A DNA stretch of 61,074 nt, the filler included, from Asterionella formosa (Eukaryota): assembly GCA_002256025.1 (NCBI GenBank). It is 8 parts of 8 records of this genome, joined end to end, with 100 filler letters (N's around TTAATTAATTAA, not from the genome) between each part and the next. Parts side by side here need not be neighbours in the genome. Positions count along the whole stretch, not along the records: positions 22,996 to 30,544 come from NKIB01012428.1; positions 30,645 to 38,188 come from NKIB01012429.1; 6 more parts are not named here. One strand, written 5' to 3'. The stretch's first letter is position 1; every line of letters begins with the position of its first letter. This document shows positions 22,896-37,820 of this stretch, piece after piece. The translations under genes were made by a program, and so were the position numbers. The notes beneath the pieces are model-generated. The model worked only from the letters and a program-made list of their open reading frames with translations. It made no database searches and was not told the DNA's origin.

Positions 22896-23311
22896 NNNNN
22901 NNNNNNNNNNNNNNNNNNNNNNNNNNNNNNNNNNNNNNNTTAATTAATTAANNNNNNNNNNNNNNNNNNNNNNNNNNNNNNNNNNNNNNNNNNNNATGTA
23001 CAAATGCTCTGTTTCCGATACCGGTAGTAGTTGGAGCAAACAAGATCCTGTTCTGTTCGGAGTTGCAAAAGACGTTTTGACTATAAGGAAAACAAAGCTA
23101 AATTGCTCATTTACCGCAACTTCCAAGGACTAAGACCCCTGGGAGTCATCAAGTGTCCTTGCATGAACCAAAAAGACTACCTCTACATACAGTACCAGCA
23201 CGGATAGACATGTATGATCGGTACAGTGCCGGTAGTATCATAATTACAACCCAGCCAAACCAACAAGCAAGAAGGAGTCAAGAAACCACACCTCCTCCAA
23301 CAACAACAAGA

Positions 23312-25555
23312 ATGCAACGACCCCGTCGATACCTATTCCTTCTACTATTCGTAGTAACAAATCCATTTGCCAATGCCATTCTCCAAACAGCGCAACTAGT
23401 CATGACCAAAAATGACGGGACTGGAGAAACGTTGACATTATTGGCTAGTCAAGCATCGTTTGGACTACAACATTTAGACTATTACGATAGTAGCCATGAC
23501 AAGTCGTCATTGCCATTGAATCGCCATGTACTATTCCATACATCGTTCGATTTGTGTACCAACGACACGACAACCATCATGACTACCGGTACAACCATTC
23601 CATTGGGTGCCATTCTTGTTGCTCCTCGAGGGACGTGCACCTTTCAACGCAAGGCAATGACAGCCCAACAATTGGGCGCTTCTGGGCTTGTCATTTATGG
23701 AACATTGAAAAGTCGATATTCCATCAATAGTACAACTGCGGATAGTATGATTTATCCACAAGACAAGATTGATTATGATTGCACCAAGGGAAGCGCAGAT
23801 ATTGATATACATGCCTTGACTTTCAATGAGGACCATACATATTCAGAATCCAATGATGTTGTATTGTCAGGATCAACAATGACCAACTTGTGCCTCAAAC
23901 ATTCATCCGATCAACTGGCCAATTGTCCAAGTAAAGCTTGTTTATTGACTGGAAATTATTCAAACAACAAACAACAGGCTCAAGTTTGTTGTGCTTGGGA
24001 TCTGCCAATATGGTTATATTCAGATCCAACATTCAATGATACAATGACGACTATTCCTATCATTTACATTACCATGGAACAAGCACATTTAGTGCTGACA
24101 CGACTTTATGATGATACTTCTATTGATTGGACTGCTGTCATCTATAGTCGATGGAGGCCAAAGTACAATACATCTGGTATACTATTATGGGCCTTGGGGG
24201 TATTGGTTGCAACTATTGCAGCATGGTCCAGTGCAAGTGATTATAAACGGGCCATTTCTGGGGAACTTGCAAGACGAAGTACTCGGACTACTACTGCAAC
24301 AACTGCAAGTACAATGAGAACGGGACCAACGTTACAACAACAACAGGAAGAGCAATTGGAATTATCAGCAGAACATGCCATTGGATTTATCGTCATGGCT
24401 AGTTCAGGACTCTTTATTTTATTCTTTTTCAAGGTATGTTGCAGGATGTGTTGCATACATTCATACTACATACCGCATTCGTTGTCCCCTAGTTTTGGCT
24501 GTGAATATCAACTTACACTTTGACTCATGACTTGTTGTTCATTCATGTACATACAGATTTACAGTGTTGTCAAAATCATGTACGCCTTTGGCTGTTCGCG
24601 GGCACTGATGCAAGTTATTTTTGATCCTCTTTGGACTAGGATCCTTTCAAAAAATAAAGTCATTTATGCAACTGGGACTATTGACTTTGGAGACATTACA
24701 TTGGTCGATGTTCTTGCATTTGTATCTGGATATACATGGGGCATCGTTTGGTTAATTGTTGCCATGACTGTACGACATGCAGAACAAAATGTTTTCTTTT
24801 GGGTGACTCAAGATATTATGGGAGCATGCATGTGCATCATGTTCTTGTCCATTATCAAAATCAATAGTATGAGAGTAGCAAGTATCCTATTGCTTGTGGC
24901 CTTTTTCTATGATATCTTTTTTGTCTTTATAACACCACTGTTATTCAAGGGAGAATCTGTCATGATTACAGTTGCCACAAGTGGAGGACCACCCAAGGCA
25001 GATCCCAGTTGGTGTGAAAAATATCCTGATGATGTCAATTGTCAAGGAGGAGATCCTCTTCCCATGTTGTTGACCATGCCTCGTTTCTTTGATTATCAAG
25101 GTGGATCAAGTTTGTTGGGATTGGGGGATATTGTGTTGCCGGGACTGTTGTTGAGTTTTGCTGCAAGATTGGACGCTGCTAAGGAACTTTTGGGAGTATT
25201 GCGTGGTGGTGGTGGTGGCACCATGATGACTGGTGGCGGTCGGTACTTTTGGCCACTTGTGGCGTCGTATGGAATTGGTCTTGCCATGGCAAACTTTGCC
25301 GTTTATTGGATGAATATGGGACAACCTGCCCTGTTGTATCTTGTCCCATGTTGTTTGGGAACCATGGGTGTTTTGGGATATAGCAAGGGAGAATTGGCAG
25401 GATTGTGGCATGGACCAAAGGCCGTTGTAACAGCAGATTCCATTTTATACGGAGGTTCTACTATTACTGAGGGTGGTGCAATGCAGCCATTACCAACTGA
25501 GGATGACCTGGCCGACGAAGCTCCTGTGCCACAATCAGCGTTGGACATTGCATGA
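23312..25555 (+). CDS. Signal peptide peptidase-like aspartyl protease (SPPL2 type, PA domain + Peptidase A22B); exons 23312-24433 and 24557-25555
   Basis: Signal peptide MQRPRRYLFLLLFVV; PA motif RGTCTFQRKA..AQQLGASGLVI; catalytic FFYDIFFVF, LGLGDIVLPG and QPALLYLVP; GTATGT...ACAG intron (24434-24556) keeps frame. Confidence 0.93.
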
Positions 25556-26473
25556 CAATCAATGCGAAACAGGAGGGAGTAACTGGGGAGTATAGGAACT
25601 CCCCTATATATACATTAATATATATAGACAAAAAGAATACTGTTATGTATCGATTTTGTCACAGATTCCCACATTTGCATTAGATTTACGAATAAGAAAA
25701 TAAATAAACATTATTGGCTAATACACACCCAGCAGTACTACTGTACCGTCCCTCCAAGGATAAATTGGGGTAAGGATGTTCCTGCTTTCATAATGTCGTT
25801 CAACTTGTTGATATGTTTTCATATATAGCCACAGACAAGACGTAAACGAGTAATAGCATGCTGATCAAAATGTTTTGTCAGATTGACAACAATCATTAGT
25901 TCCCTTGCAGTGCAATTTGTGTTTATAAATGATGGACAACACATCAAATGATCAAAGAGAAACTAGAACCTCGACGATATGTATATATGATACTAAAATG
26001 AGTACCGAGGATATACTATGGCATTGTGAACACGACGATTTTTTAGTTTGACTAAATGTGTTTTCGCATTTCCAAATGGGAAATATCGTTACCAACTGTG
26101 ACACAAACAACTACACATATGTAGGCAAATATGGATTTCGTAGTATTGATTCTTAAAAAGTAGAGGAGTCATGACAATGCTTGGCATATGTGATAGCTAG
26201 AGAGTAAACAACAAGAAGTCATAAACGAAAACATAGTCTATACGAATAGCTAGCACACCAACCCAATCTCAATTCTAAGGGTCCGATGAATTGTATTAAT
26301 TATCTTGATAGTTGAAACACTTCTTCGTATCCCTCCATTGTGCATTGCTGGCGTGAATGTTTTAACCAGCCATCATGCTCACTCCAGTCTTTTCTGTGTG
26401 AGTTCACCATTATCCACACCACACCACACCACACCACCCTTTCATTACATCTCCTTTTCACTTGCATCCTTCT

Positions 26474-28048
<1,575 letters not shown>

Positions 28049-28261
28049 TTAGGTTTTTTGGGTAGACGACCACTGCCGGTACATACCATTCGTCTACTGT
28101 ACATACTGTGACAACGACCACCAAGGAGGTACGGTACCCTGGTACCAATAAAAACTGATGGTAGGTAGGCGGAGGACGCAAATGGAGGGAGTATCATACC
28201 TGTACCATCAGCAAGTTGCGGTCACTCAGATGAGAAGATGCTAGAGAATACCAGTACTAGT

Positions 28262-28510
28262 TGCAGTGAAGTGGCTGCTGGAGAGTCCTTCATCATGTTG
28301 TCTCAGCCTTGACCATGACAAAAATAGTGATTATCTCCATAAACATTAAGAATGATGCTTTCTTATTTCTCCAATCTATCAAGCAAGACATATACAATAC
28401 AATCATAAAAGAATTATTCTAATGACACTAATATCGACAACAAAAATTGAAGTTGCCAATTTTGCATTTTTCATGCAATTTAGAAATTCCTACTCATTTG
28501 GACAATGGCA
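28262..28510 (-). repeat. Dispersed repeat family A copy (inverted)
   Basis: gctggagagt..catcatgttgtctcagccttgaccatgacaaaa matches 9447-9496 and the reverse complement of 32805-32860. Confidence 0.7.
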
Positions 28511-29646
28511 ATGCTATTACTGGCGGGCCTTGAAGGGGCTAAGCAGAACAACAAGAAGAGAAAAGCAATGACATGTGAGCACCATGGTGATGGGGATTTT
28601 GCTTGCAACATTAGAAATGAAAAAACATTTAGGAATATGGTTTATTGAAATACCAGGCCAACGCAACAAGGCTACCCAGTGTATGTATGCATAATACCAG
28701 TGGGAATACAAGGCATCAGGTAGTTAATATTTGAGTGGTACCCGGAGTACCTAGTACCCAGGTACCGGTATTCCAAGTACCATGGTACCAGGTACCTACC
28801 TGGTGAGCGATCTCGCTCAACTACAGATATACCTATAAGGTTAGGTTTACATAGATATATCAGAAGTCTAACAGGAGAGAACTCGAGCGACTAACACCTG
28901 CTTGAATACTTTAGGTTCAACCTAGGAGATCGAGTTGCACACAAGAATTAACAAATAAGCTCATATACCGGTATTCAACAAAAACTACTACTTTTACTTA
29001 GATACTTCACCTGGTACCTGTTAACACGTACCTGCTACTGGTATACCGTAGCGGTACCGGTATTGGTACTGGTTCATATGATCCTACATATGTATTCAGT
29101 CCTACGAATTGATTCTGGATTCCGTCTTCTACTAGTATGCTCTTGTGTAGAATATCTCGTTTGATCCTGTTTAGAGTTACAGTCTGGTACCTGGTACGCG
29201 GTACCATACCATTACCGTTGGTACTGGGTACTAGGTACTAGGTACCATACAGTATACAGTCTCAGATACGTTCCTGGTATCAAACGTCAAAGTGTCCGGT
29301 AAAAAGATATACCGGTCGTGAACTTCGTACGCATGCAATCATAAAATACCTCTAAGAAAACCTGTATGTAGTTTATGGTACCGGTACTGGCAGCACTGGT
29401 ACCTGGTACCTGGTACCGATACCGTACATATGTGGTTCTATGGGTTTTTCATACATCATACCACTTTGTTGTTTTGTTGTCAACACAAGGCGATTTTTGA
29501 TTTTATAGATTAGTATCTGGACCTGTTGAGCGACACATACGAGTATATACAATACAACATAACGGGAAATACATTCATCCTATACGCACAACGAGAACTA
29601 TCCATCGTTGCTCCTGATCCATACATTTCTACCAAGACAACACATC

Positions 29647-30544
29647 ATGGCAGCCAGTAACAAAGGCACTCCCCCTCCTCCTCATGCTGCTGCTGCTGCT
29701 GCTGCTGCGAGCATGTATCCCTCACTGATGATGTACGACGCAAGAAGTAGCAATATCAGTGCAAGTGCAAGCAGCCATTCTACTCCAGACTCCATTCCAT
29801 CAGGCACTGTTGCTACATCTACATCTGCAATGAGAGGTACAACACTTGTACCAATCCCATTGGAAACAATGAGTTCCTCTCCATTTACGTTTCATACGAC
29901 TGCCACTACTGCTGCCAGTAGTGCAACTGGTTATTCCTTTGCACCTCCAGATATGACTACCAGTACTACCGGTATTATTCCAACAACAACAACTGCTACT
30001 GGTAGTACCACTACTACACTCCATAGACGACAAAAGAGATTGGAACGGAATAGAGAATCTGCGAAACTGTCACGTCGGAGACGAAAGCAATATTTGGAAG
30101 TATTGGAACACAAGGTGACACAATTGAGTCTAGAAATGGATCTTGGACGGAGAGATCATGTGAAGAATGCTGTCAACACTCTCAAATCCAAACGACACGA
30201 TGCCTTGACACTAGGTGGTACTAATGCACAAGTGCTTTCCAGAGCAAGTACAGAACTACGTGTTGCTGCGACTTTTCAAATGCAACAACAATTTAGTTTG
30301 GCATTGCCATTGCATTCCAAATTTCTATTATGGTTGACATTGCAAAATGAACCATTCTTTAAAAGTGGGAGAGCTACAAGTGAACGACTATCCGCAGCAC
30401 GGATTGGTGAACGTGTACGTTGCATATATTGTCTCAATTTGTCAAATGTACTACCGTACTCTCTTGTGCACTCACCATTGGTTACTACTAACTACTTACT
30501 CAGATGCTCACTGGGGGCACTGACTCTGTCCCACCCTCGCATGG
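29647..30544 (+). CDS. bZIP transcription factor, 3' truncated by contig end; exon 29647-30414, intron 30415-30503, exon from 30504
   Basis: RRQKRLERNRESAKLSRRRRKQYLEVLEHKVTQLSLEM basic-zipper; downstream FLLWLTLQN..FF..GR..SERLSAARIGER|MLTGG as I recall in diatom bZIPs; GTACGT donor, CTAAC branch point, CAG acceptor. Confidence 0.88.
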
Positions 30545-31979
30545 NNNNNNNNNNNNNNNNNNNNNNNNNNNNNNNNNNNNNNNNNNNNTTAATTAATTAA
30601 NNNNNNNNNNNNNNNNNNNNNNNNNNNNNNNNNNNNNNNNNNNNGATAATATCATCCAGTTTGTCGTAGTCTAGATATGGCTCAGGGCCATATTCAGGAG
30701 CAACGTTCTCCTTCAAATGCTCGCCGTATTTCATTGTTTTCAAGGTCTTGAATAGTGGCTAATGGGTTTGGGAATTGGTTACAGAATCTAACTCCTTGAT
30801 GGCTGTTGTATTACCGCCAGGTAAATTCCTGATCCCCTAAATGTACCTTCCACTGCATTCCAAATCACGAAAATAATTCATATGCTGTTCCATTTCATTG
30901 GGACATGATGGTCAAGGCGATATTGTTATGATATTAGACCAGTGGCTGTCTGTAGACAATACGTGATTAATACCAGTAGTCTGGGTAGGCTGACTGGTTG
31001 GCTGGCTGGCTGGCTGGCTGGGAGTGTCGAAGGAATGAATCTTCGCATTCTTATATACGGTAGTCTAGGTGGTTGGTAAACAGGTATATATACTGCTCCT
31101 ACGACCAGGCCACCACAGAGACCTGTGCCTGCTACATCAACTACTGGTATACAAGGTACGTACCGTAGTAACCAGGTACTCGGAGTAAAAGAACGTGGTA
31201 CCAGGTACCAGGTCCCGTGCCTGCTACACACGATATGGCCGACATCAGGTCGTTGCCCTACCTGGTACTCGGAGTACCGGTTTTCATGCCGTATACTGGT
31301 ATTTGTACCAGTATTCAACCTAGATTACATACGTGTATATATATTCAGTTCTCCTTGACAACTCTAGGAAAGGCGGAAAAAAATATACTGGTATACCCGT
31401 GCATATAAATGAATACATCTGATGAATCTTGCTGTGCATACTGTTTACTAACCTATTTACAACCGGTCCCAGGTTACACCCCCTGGGACGTGATGAGCTT
31501 GCATACGGGTATCTTAGCTTCTCTCGGACTTCAGCAATGCCTGTAGACTCTACTCCTGCCTGTGGTAGAAATACTAGCAAGTACCGGTATGCATTTTCAT
31601 TTAACACGAGCAAAGTTTCAGATTCGGCATATCCGGAACCCCCTTGTACATATTGGGAGGATCAAAATGGGTTGATTCCCTAGATTCTATTGCATTTATA
31701 CACAGTCGTGCAAATAATAGAGAAAGCTGTCCCCCAATTTTCAATACAAGGTACCAGGTACCAGTTACCATACGTGATTAAGCCCCTGTCGTACAATGCC
31801 CGACTCAAACGGAGACCTGCAAGTTGCGGTCATGCATTTGCTTTGCTGAAATTGATAACGTGATGCAGGACAGGCGTTTACTTACATAGAAAACGTCATC
31901 AAATCACTCTTTAAAATCGTCTGTATGTATACGGTGATCACCACTTAGTGCTGTACTAAGTTTAATGCTAATTTTATTC

Positions 31980-33245
31980 ATCAAAACAGGGAAATGTCAA
32001 GAAAACACAAGAATGACCTGGCAATCAAGGGGCAGCCCAAAGCAAAGTAAGCAATAGTAAATACAAGTAAGCAAGTCTTGCTTACATTACTTTATTCTCT
32101 CCAAACTCAAAATTGTTCGCTTTTTCCGGCTGAAGTGATGAAAACAACCTATTTTTATCAATGGTTTTCAAAGTCGTTGGGATTGGAAATTCGTAACTGC
32201 CAGCATCATCATAGCAACAAACCGATATAGCTAGTATTAACTACCAGTATGTATTTACAGTGTTTATGCATGTTATGTCTGCATGTTACTATTTGCTATA
32301 CACTATATTGATTGTCGAGTAATGAAGATAATTGTATACCAATCATGATGTTATGTATACTGTATCGACTGTCAACTACCGGTAGGAGTACATATGTATT
32401 GTATAATTTACACAATATTATTCCATTGCTTCCTGGTAAGCAAACAATTTTGAAATCTCATCAACATCATGCTTGCTTCCATCATTCCCATCTCACAATG
32501 ACTCCATTTTGCGGCGAAATCTAAGCTAATAAATAACTTCTTTCACATCTTTTACTTTAATTAATCATGCTATTGTTTAGTCGTCTTTGTATTCGTTGTA
32601 CAGCTACTGTGAAAGTGTCAAATCTGCTGATAGCATTGTTGTTTTGAGCTGTGAATCTATAAATTTCATTAAGCTATTTCAATTTTCGTTGTCAACATTA
32701 GAGTTATTACATCTATTCTTTCACGATTGAATTTCCTATATTGTGCTTAACATATGTACCTAGTAGCAAAGCGTCATTCTCATTTTTCATGGATATATTT
32801 GTTAATTTCGTCATGGTCAAGGCTTAGACAACAAGGTGATGCACCATGTATACTCCAGCCGCTCATGACAAGAACTACCAGTACACAGTTACTCTGTGGT
32901 GCTATGATACCGGTAAATATACATACTACGGTATAGAAAAGAATCGAATAATCTAAGCTAAATAGTTACCGTTATATACAAGCGCTTACAAGTGCTACCT
33001 TGGGTACCAGTACCATAACCCTGCTGAGCAGCATGAGTCTAGTCACCAGAATGCATATGGTGGAATGGCATAATAGTTATATTGGGTATCACTAGTTGTT
33101 ATGTATGATGATACTAGCATGCAAATATTTCAAATCCTAATTGATATAGAACCGTTCATTATTGGTTGTTTTGTTCATCACCTTGGCCGGAAAAGGAGAA
33201 CAATTTTGAGTTTGGAGAGAATAAAGTGACATAAGCAAGACTTGC
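31980..33245. mobile_element. Family A element with long inverted arms (31980-32200 versus 33110-33245)
   Basis: 32071-32190 gcaagtcttgctta...ccaaactcaaaattgttc...ttttccggc..a.gtgatgaa is the reverse complement of 33130-33245 on the same contig. No coding capacity. Confidence 0.7.
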
Positions 33246-34484
33246 TTTTTTTAAAGTTTGCACATGGAATATCAACAAACAAAGTAGTGGGGCCCCACAA
33301 CGTTCATTGCCTGACAAGACTTGTTTTGGTTGCATATCAAGATGCAGTACAAGCTTCAAAGAAAGCAGAGAGCGACAAGGAATCAGGCAGTTTGACACGT
33401 TCTTCCCAACAAGTATTAACTCCCATTCCGGGCAAACGACAGAGTGGGGACCGCAATTACTTTGATCTCCAACAACTCATGGAAGAAGTAGTGGGCTCTT
33501 GAGATGCAAACCGTACTAACATTGTTGTTGGTAGGTTTGTGCAGCATAGTATTGTATCTCAGTGGCGCAAACAAGTTGGCAGAACAGTTATGATGAATTT
33601 CAACTGCTACTGTATGCTTCCATTGTAGACGATTTTCACAAATTTAGGAGAAAAGAATTGCAGAAGGTGTACGAAAGAAGGTGATATATATGATGTCTTC
33701 AATCTGAATTTGGCCAGAAGGGCTTTGGAAGAACAAAGCCGCCAAGAGTTGGTTATTGAATGTACTGCCAACAAAAGGCTGCAGGAAAAGTTCGATGCAA
33801 TTGCTCTTACGATGGGCAAGATGCAGGGTATACAAAACAACGATCCCCAATAAAATCGAATCTGTCCCTATTTCTTCTCAATATTGTTCCAATCGAAACT
33901 TTGGTCTGCCCTGCATTTGAGCTCGTGCGATGATTGGTCCAACAAACAATGCTGTCTTTCAACCCCATCTCTGTGTTTTCTGCTTTGGTTGTCTCTTCTG
34001 GCTGTCTGTGCAGCTTTTTTGCTACCGCTCTGTAATGGAATCATTCATCTCAACATGGTGTATAGACCTCGCTGTAAGTTTTCGAAATATCATTCGAAAT
34101 ACTAGTTACGCGTTCTTTTACGAAGTACGGAAAAGTACGCGCAACTTTTATTTCGTCACAGCGAGTTTGAGCTCTGATATGGTCGCATTAAACATCCAGG
34201 GGCAATATGATAATTGATTCCAATAAACGGCAAGATATGATATATATCTGGCAGTATTACGCTGGGAGAGATTAAACGAAAAGACCTTAAAAGACCGCAA
34301 AAGAACGGGGAAAACCGGACATGCGACGTTTTTCTGTGGTCTTTTGTGAATTTTTGCAAACTCCGCGTTCTTTCGCGGTCTTTTTGAAAAGCGTGATGCG
34401 AGGTCGATTTTGAATAAAACAAAGGTTTGTACATGACTTTTTGTACTTCGGAGTTTCCGTGAACTCCCAGCATGGTACCAGGTA

Positions 34485-34849
34485 AAAGTTAGTAGGTTCT
34501 ATAGCCCATTCGTTCTCCCCTATTTCTAGGCAGGCATGTCATTGTGCTACTTGCCGACAAGACCTGTGCTTCCCTAGTTTTGTCAGCGTAGGTGAGTCCC
34601 CAACCACCTTTCGCGAAAGGGAATTGTTGTAGCCGCAGCGTTAGGGGAAACTTCGACCGCCTAGGAAGGCGGCACAAGCTGCTTGTAGGAGGGGGGCAAC
34701 CCACTATTTCTTGCACACCAGACAAGACCATGCGGGACGGTAAGGAGTGTGGGAGTCGAACCCAACAATTGTTTCTCAAAAAAATTGAGGGAATCGAATC
34801 TCACAACCTCAGATCAAAGGCAACGTGCTAAACCACTAAGCCATTCCCT
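34485..34849 (-). mobile_element. Full-length tRNA-derived SINE-like element (about 365 bp) with 16-bp target site duplication
   Basis: A box TGGCTTAGTGG (34843-34833), B boxes GATTCGATTCC (34800-34790) and GGTTCGACTCC (34762-34752); direct repeat agcatggtaccaggta at 34469-34484 and 34850-34865; other copies at 9129-9285 and 5103-5160. Confidence 0.8.
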
Positions 34850-34974
34850 AGCATGGTACCAGGTACCCTATCAATAAAATAGTAACTTGTATTCCAAGAG
34901 ATACAAAGTCCATGATATATGAAAACTAAACACGATTCGTACTATAGTTGGTTTCTTCCTACTCAGTAGGTTGC

Positions 34975-35148
34975 TTGAAGTCAGCAAGTTGAAGTTAGCA
35001 GTCAGCGATTTTATGTCAGTAGGCAGAAAATGAAGTCAGCAGTTAGCGAATATTTCAAATTTTCAGTGAATCAAGTCAGCAGTTAGCAAAGCTAATGAAG
35101 TCCGCAGTCAGCAAGTTGAAGTTGGTAGTCAGCAACTCCGCTGTGAAA
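34975..35148 (+). repeat. AGTCAGC-rich repeat (family C); homologous copy at 39532-39645 on another contig
   Basis: Multiple agtcagc/agttagc units; 35030-35148 matches the reverse complement of 39532-39645. Confidence 0.8.
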
Positions 35149-36899
35149 CAAGATGGCAGCGCTTTTCAGTTTGAAACTTTATAACGGTTAAAGGTAATAA
35201 CATTTTATAAAAGTACTATAAATATGTCACTTTAGACATAAATTAGAAAATTGTTAAAGTAAATGGCATCTTAGATGTACGACAACATGGGATATGGCTT
35301 TTTGGTAAGCACACCTTCCAAGGTGGTACTAGGTCCCATATTTTCCACCTGCTGTGTTCTTGTAGTCTCTAGGCTTCCTGGGGGGACAGACACCAGGAAG
35401 GTCTACTAAGGCCGACCATCTGGGGGGCCAAGTGCAACTTCACAATCTTCACAATTATCGAATCCTTAAAAAAGGCGTACTATAAAATATAAGTGCTTTT
35501 TCGCGAAGTACAAAGTCAAGTATAACAAAGACTATACCAGCACAGACACAGAGGAGCAAGGAATCCACCGGTATTAAACCTACGGAGATTTCCAAGTTCC
35601 CCTACAGGAATAATGATGCAAACAGTGCTATCCTAATGGTGAAACACAGCACCAAACAAGCTATTTGAGAGTTTCTAAGTCACCGGCATCCATTTTAGTA
35701 TATTACACCAATAAGAAGACACAAAAAGGCGGCGAAACGATTGCCAGCAAAACATCAAAGTTTCCTCCCATCAAAGGAAGCCAATACAATTAGCTATTAC
35801 TATGTCGTGATGGTGATGCCATCGAAGCATGAATTATTCGAAACCACAGTGGGTTGTGCTGGAAGCCAAGTTGAATGGTGGTGCAGATTCAGAGCATCAT
35901 TTTTGATCAATTGATTAGTTTGGAATCTGGGATCAAATTTTTGGTTTTCCTCCGTTAAAGCATTGTTTTTACAATACATTATTTATTCTCCCGAAAAATT
36001 GACATTTCATCGGCTTCTCAGATTCATTGCACTATCTAGTAGCCAGATGTTGTGTGCATTGTTGTTGCGGAGGATTTCTGTTGGCCAGTGAGCAAAGTGT
36101 GATTTTCAGTAGTTGGGGTTCTATTGAGGAATTATGGTTGCAAATCTCACCTATGTGGAATCAGTAAAATAACTAGATATTAAGATAATCAGCACCATGG
36201 TTGTCCCTAGAAATTGCATGTATTTCTGGGAAATGTATGAGGTAGTAGATCATCAGGCATGGTATAGATAAGTTATTGAACAAAGGGGTCTTGGGTTTTT
36301 GCTGGCTTGCTTGCTCAATCAGAACCTGCGCAAAGGATGATACCCTTGTTGCCTCCATTCAAAAATGTTGCAGTCAAGATGTGAAATACCACAACAGTTG
36401 ATTCATATTGATGGGAGTTGGGACCAGCTACTTCATTGATGAATAGCTATTTTCATCAACAAAGTAGCTATTCACGCATTGGTACTAAGGGCTTCTTCCA
36501 AAGAAGACTCGCCACTGCTATTTGATTCTTGATCACCTTAGGCAGCTGCCTTCGTGACAGGCATTTAATTGCCTATTTGTTATTGATATTTGCAATTTTT
36601 TAAAGGCGTTTTCTGAGCCAAGGTGTCGCAACTTCTATCCTACCACGATTTCGATGATAATGAACATGAGGCAAATTGTTTCAAGAGATCATATTTTTTC
36701 TGTTAATGGTTTTTCACGGTACAATCATTTATAATCACCATTCTTTATAATGACAATTCAATAATAAAATATAATAATTTCAATATTTTGTCAAAAGCAG
36801 ACCAAAAGAAACGAAAGAAACTAAGCTGGTACTATCACAGCTATACTAGTGCTGGCACTGGTAAGCAACCCTTCTCACCATGGAAAATAATGCATATTT

Positions 36900-37820
36900 G
36901 GCTGCAGCAGACAATCAAATACGACCGTTTCAGCACCGCAATCTCTAACAAGTATACAATCGACTACAAGTAGATGAAAGAACCACGAGAATTGACAAGA
37001 AAATCAAGGAGGTTGACCAACCACAATGACCGAAATCCATCACAAACAGCATCATTAACTTGAGGAATTCTTTTGAATATATCCACGCATCCAAGTCATA
37101 TCCAAACAGACCACTTTAGTAACAATTTATCTAAAAATTACACAATTGGCGACAAGCAGCTGAGAGAATCACAAGAATTGATGAAAAACTCAACAAGGAT
37201 AGTGATCACAATGTCCAAAATCCATCAAACCACATAATTATATTGAGGAATGCTTTTGAAGATGTCCACGCATCCAAATCAGATACAAACAGACAACTTC
37301 GTTACCAAATGACTAAAAAATATCGTTTACAAGCAGATAAAAGATCAACAAGAATTGACAGGAAACGCAAGGATATTGACCACAACGACCGAATTCCATC
37401 AAACAGCAACATTAAATTGAGGAATGCTTTAGACGATCGGTCCATGCATCCAAATCACACCCACCAAACAAACCTCTTTCGTACCTCAACTTCTAAAAGG
37501 CATACAATCAACTACTACAAGTAGATGAAAGAACCACAGGAATTGACAAGAAGATCACAATGACCGAAATCCATCACAAATATCATCGTCATTAAGTTGA
37601 GGAATGCTTTTGAAGATATCCACAAATCCAAATCAGATCCAAACAACACTTCTGTAACAATTTATCGACAATTTATACAATCAGCTACAAGCAGATGAAA
37701 CCACAAGAATTGACAAGGAAATCAAGGAGCTTGACCACAATGATCGAAATCCATCGAACAGTATCATTGAATTGAGGAATGCTTTTGACATTGTCAATGC
37801 ATCCAAATCAGATCCACATC
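36900..37820 (+). repeat. Degenerate tandem repeat, about 5 units of roughly 170-190 bp
   Basis: gaattga anchor near 36990, 37175, 37352, 37540 and 37707; each unit has ttgaggaat(g/t)ctt...catccaa.tca.a. Confidence 0.88.
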
